Origin: Ginkgo biloba
Lineage: Eukaryota; Plantae; Ginkgophyta
NCBI GenBank assembly: GCA_024626585.2
Contig: JANKJI020000004.1
Location: 74,781,932-74,805,975, forward strand
Direction of reading: 5' to 3'
DNA length: 24,044 nt
Shown piece after piece: positions 22,296 through 24,044 of the stretch (the first letter of the stretch is position 1; each line of letters begins with the position of its first letter). Made by a program: the position numbers and the translations under genes. The notes below the pieces were generated by a model. That model saw nothing but the letters and a program-made list of their open reading frames with translations, ran no database searches and was not told the DNA's origin.

Positions 22296-22760
22296 TGTTA
22301 GATATATTAATGTTAATTAGTCGTTATATTAGTCATCACATGTAATGTCATTAATTGACATGGGGTCTTTAGGAATTTGAATAGTTGGGGAATCAAAAGG
22401 GTTGGGGAATAGTTAGAAGTCTATGGGTTGGGGAGTCCAACAGTTATGTGACTGTATTTATATGTACTATGGGTTTCATGAACAATTGAGGGGCAGATTG
22501 GTTTGGTTGAGAATCTCTCCTCCTTCCTAATGTGATTGTTGTCTCAGAGTGGAGGCTTGTGCTGAAACTCAAGTCTTGTGTCGAAACTCTGAGGTTATGC
22601 TGTGTCTTTGAGTGTGTGTGAGTTCAGTTCCACATGAAGTTATGTTATGCACTCTGAGTGTGTGTGAGTTAATTTCCACATGGTTGTAGAGCTATGATGA
22701 TTGCTTGCAGGTATTGGAGCTGTGAAGAATCCATCAATGATAACAAAGTTGAAGAATTCA
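22296..22760 (+). mobile_element. LTR-like segment (possible solo/degenerate LTR)
   Basis: Starts TGTTAGATA. Has a TATA-like TATTTATAT at about 22455, a TG-rich downstream region and an internal tandem duplication. End and TSD not established. Confidence 0.35.
22594..22683. repeat. Imperfect 2-copy tandem repeat, period about 45-46 bp
   Basis: tgagtgtgtgtgagttcagttccacatg (22609-22636) versus tgagtgtgtgtgagttaatttccacatg (22655-22682), each preceded by a gttatg motif. Confidence 0.85.
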
Positions 22761-24044
22761 ATAGGGACATCCATTACTTTGGCTACAATTCAAGGGTGAG
22801 CACAAACAAAGTGCACAAATATAATCTAGCAAGCCAGAACTAGATGTATGGTCCATTATTATGGCTAGAGGGTTTCAACTAGGAGAAATTACCCCCTCAA
22901 TTAGTCTCCAAGGTTTATGAAATAAATGAATTGGTTCAAACTAAATAGCCAATGATGCCCAACATATCTAAGGGTGAAAATGTCTTAGTTCGACCACTCT
23001 AAGGCCTGCAACTTGCTTTGGGGGATCAATCAAAATGCACTAAGCTTGTAGAACTCAGTTGCTAGGTATGAACTTATCTTGGAATTCTTCTGAGCCAAAA
23101 ATCTCTATCAAAACCTCAGTCTTACACCTGCAATGTATTCATCCTACACTAAAAAAGTGATATGAACACTTATTTAGATAAATTGTCTACTAAAACGTTG
23201 TTATAATTACAATAGCCCAACTCTAGCTATACAAAAAGTAGCAATAATTGAAAATTAATGACTTGTAGGGTTAAGTATCCCAACCAGAATGTAAAAAATA
23301 GCCAGTGAAAGGAAAGCGTCTTATAAGGAGATGATAAAGTTGATGTGTTAAGAGTTGCCTAAGTCTAGACAAACCCTATTTATGCTAATAAATGGACACA
23401 AACCTCCACATAAGGGTTGATCTTAACCTTGGAGTTGCCCCAAACCCCAAGAAGCCCTTTGTGGCTCTCTACTGTCAAAAACTATTCCTTGAAAGGAGGC
23501 ACCCTCTTCTTGAGCACCCTCCTAGCCCTTTTCTTCACAGTTTTTTCTCTCAACTATCTCACCATTAGGGTTTATCATCATGTGCAATATAAGTTATCTG
23601 GCTCCAAAATTTAACTTAAGCTTATGCACATCTCCCAAGGCTGAATTCAACACATCTTTTATGGCTATTCTTGCCTCACTATTCAAGGTTAAATTTGCAG
23701 TAGCTTGTTGAGCTATAAAAAATAGACACCCCATCCCCAATTAAGAAGATTAAGGTCCAAATGTGAGTTGATATGTATTGTCATCCTTTCTCCCTTATCA
23801 TAAAGCCCCACCCCATAGCATGCATTTTGAGTTAATGCATTCTTAAATCCACCATATGTTCTTAAACTCCCAATATGGCTCATGCAAAGCTCATTGTGAG
23901 CTGGAATCAAACCAATATTCCTATTGGGATTTATGACATCAATACTAGGCAATTCGTGCAACAAAACACTCAACATGTCATCCAAACGAGCATGAAAATC
24001 TATTTCGAAGTTTCAACAAGATGAGTAGGATTCTCTTAATGTGA

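Noticed and set aside
1-24044. CRISPR array, tRNA/rRNA, operon or prokaryotic defence system
   Set aside because: The sequence is spliceosomal-intron-containing plant DNA. I saw no regularly spaced repeats or structural RNA signatures.

Overview
This is AT-rich eukaryotic genomic DNA from a land plant, on a gapped draft scaffold. The intron sizes and repeat load are consistent with a large-genome lineage such as a gymnosperm or fern, but that is inference. The only recognisable host gene is the middle part of a spliced, minus-strand MON2 homologue (Sec7-less ARF-GEF-family / ARM-repeat endosome-Golgi trafficking protein; Arabidopsis At5g27970-like). I traced 15 exon pieces between 19770 and 9201, with GT-AG boundaries and consistent phases wherever the boundaries are visible. 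The N- and C-terminal exons are not visible in the window. The rest is intron or intergenic sequence containing degenerate transposon relics: two related Ty3/Gypsy gag-protease remnants in opposite orientation, LTR-like segments, LINE relics and a GC-rich hAT-like terminus. The main oddity is that the conserved AATSSKD-EWQGKE...HHS exon breaks after AATSSKD, hits a stop with no splice donor, and is separated from its HHS end by about 1.55 kb of foreign, LTR-like sequence plus a gap. Most long ORFs in the supplied track are artefacts of N runs. I found no prokaryotic-type or clearly novel multi-gene system.
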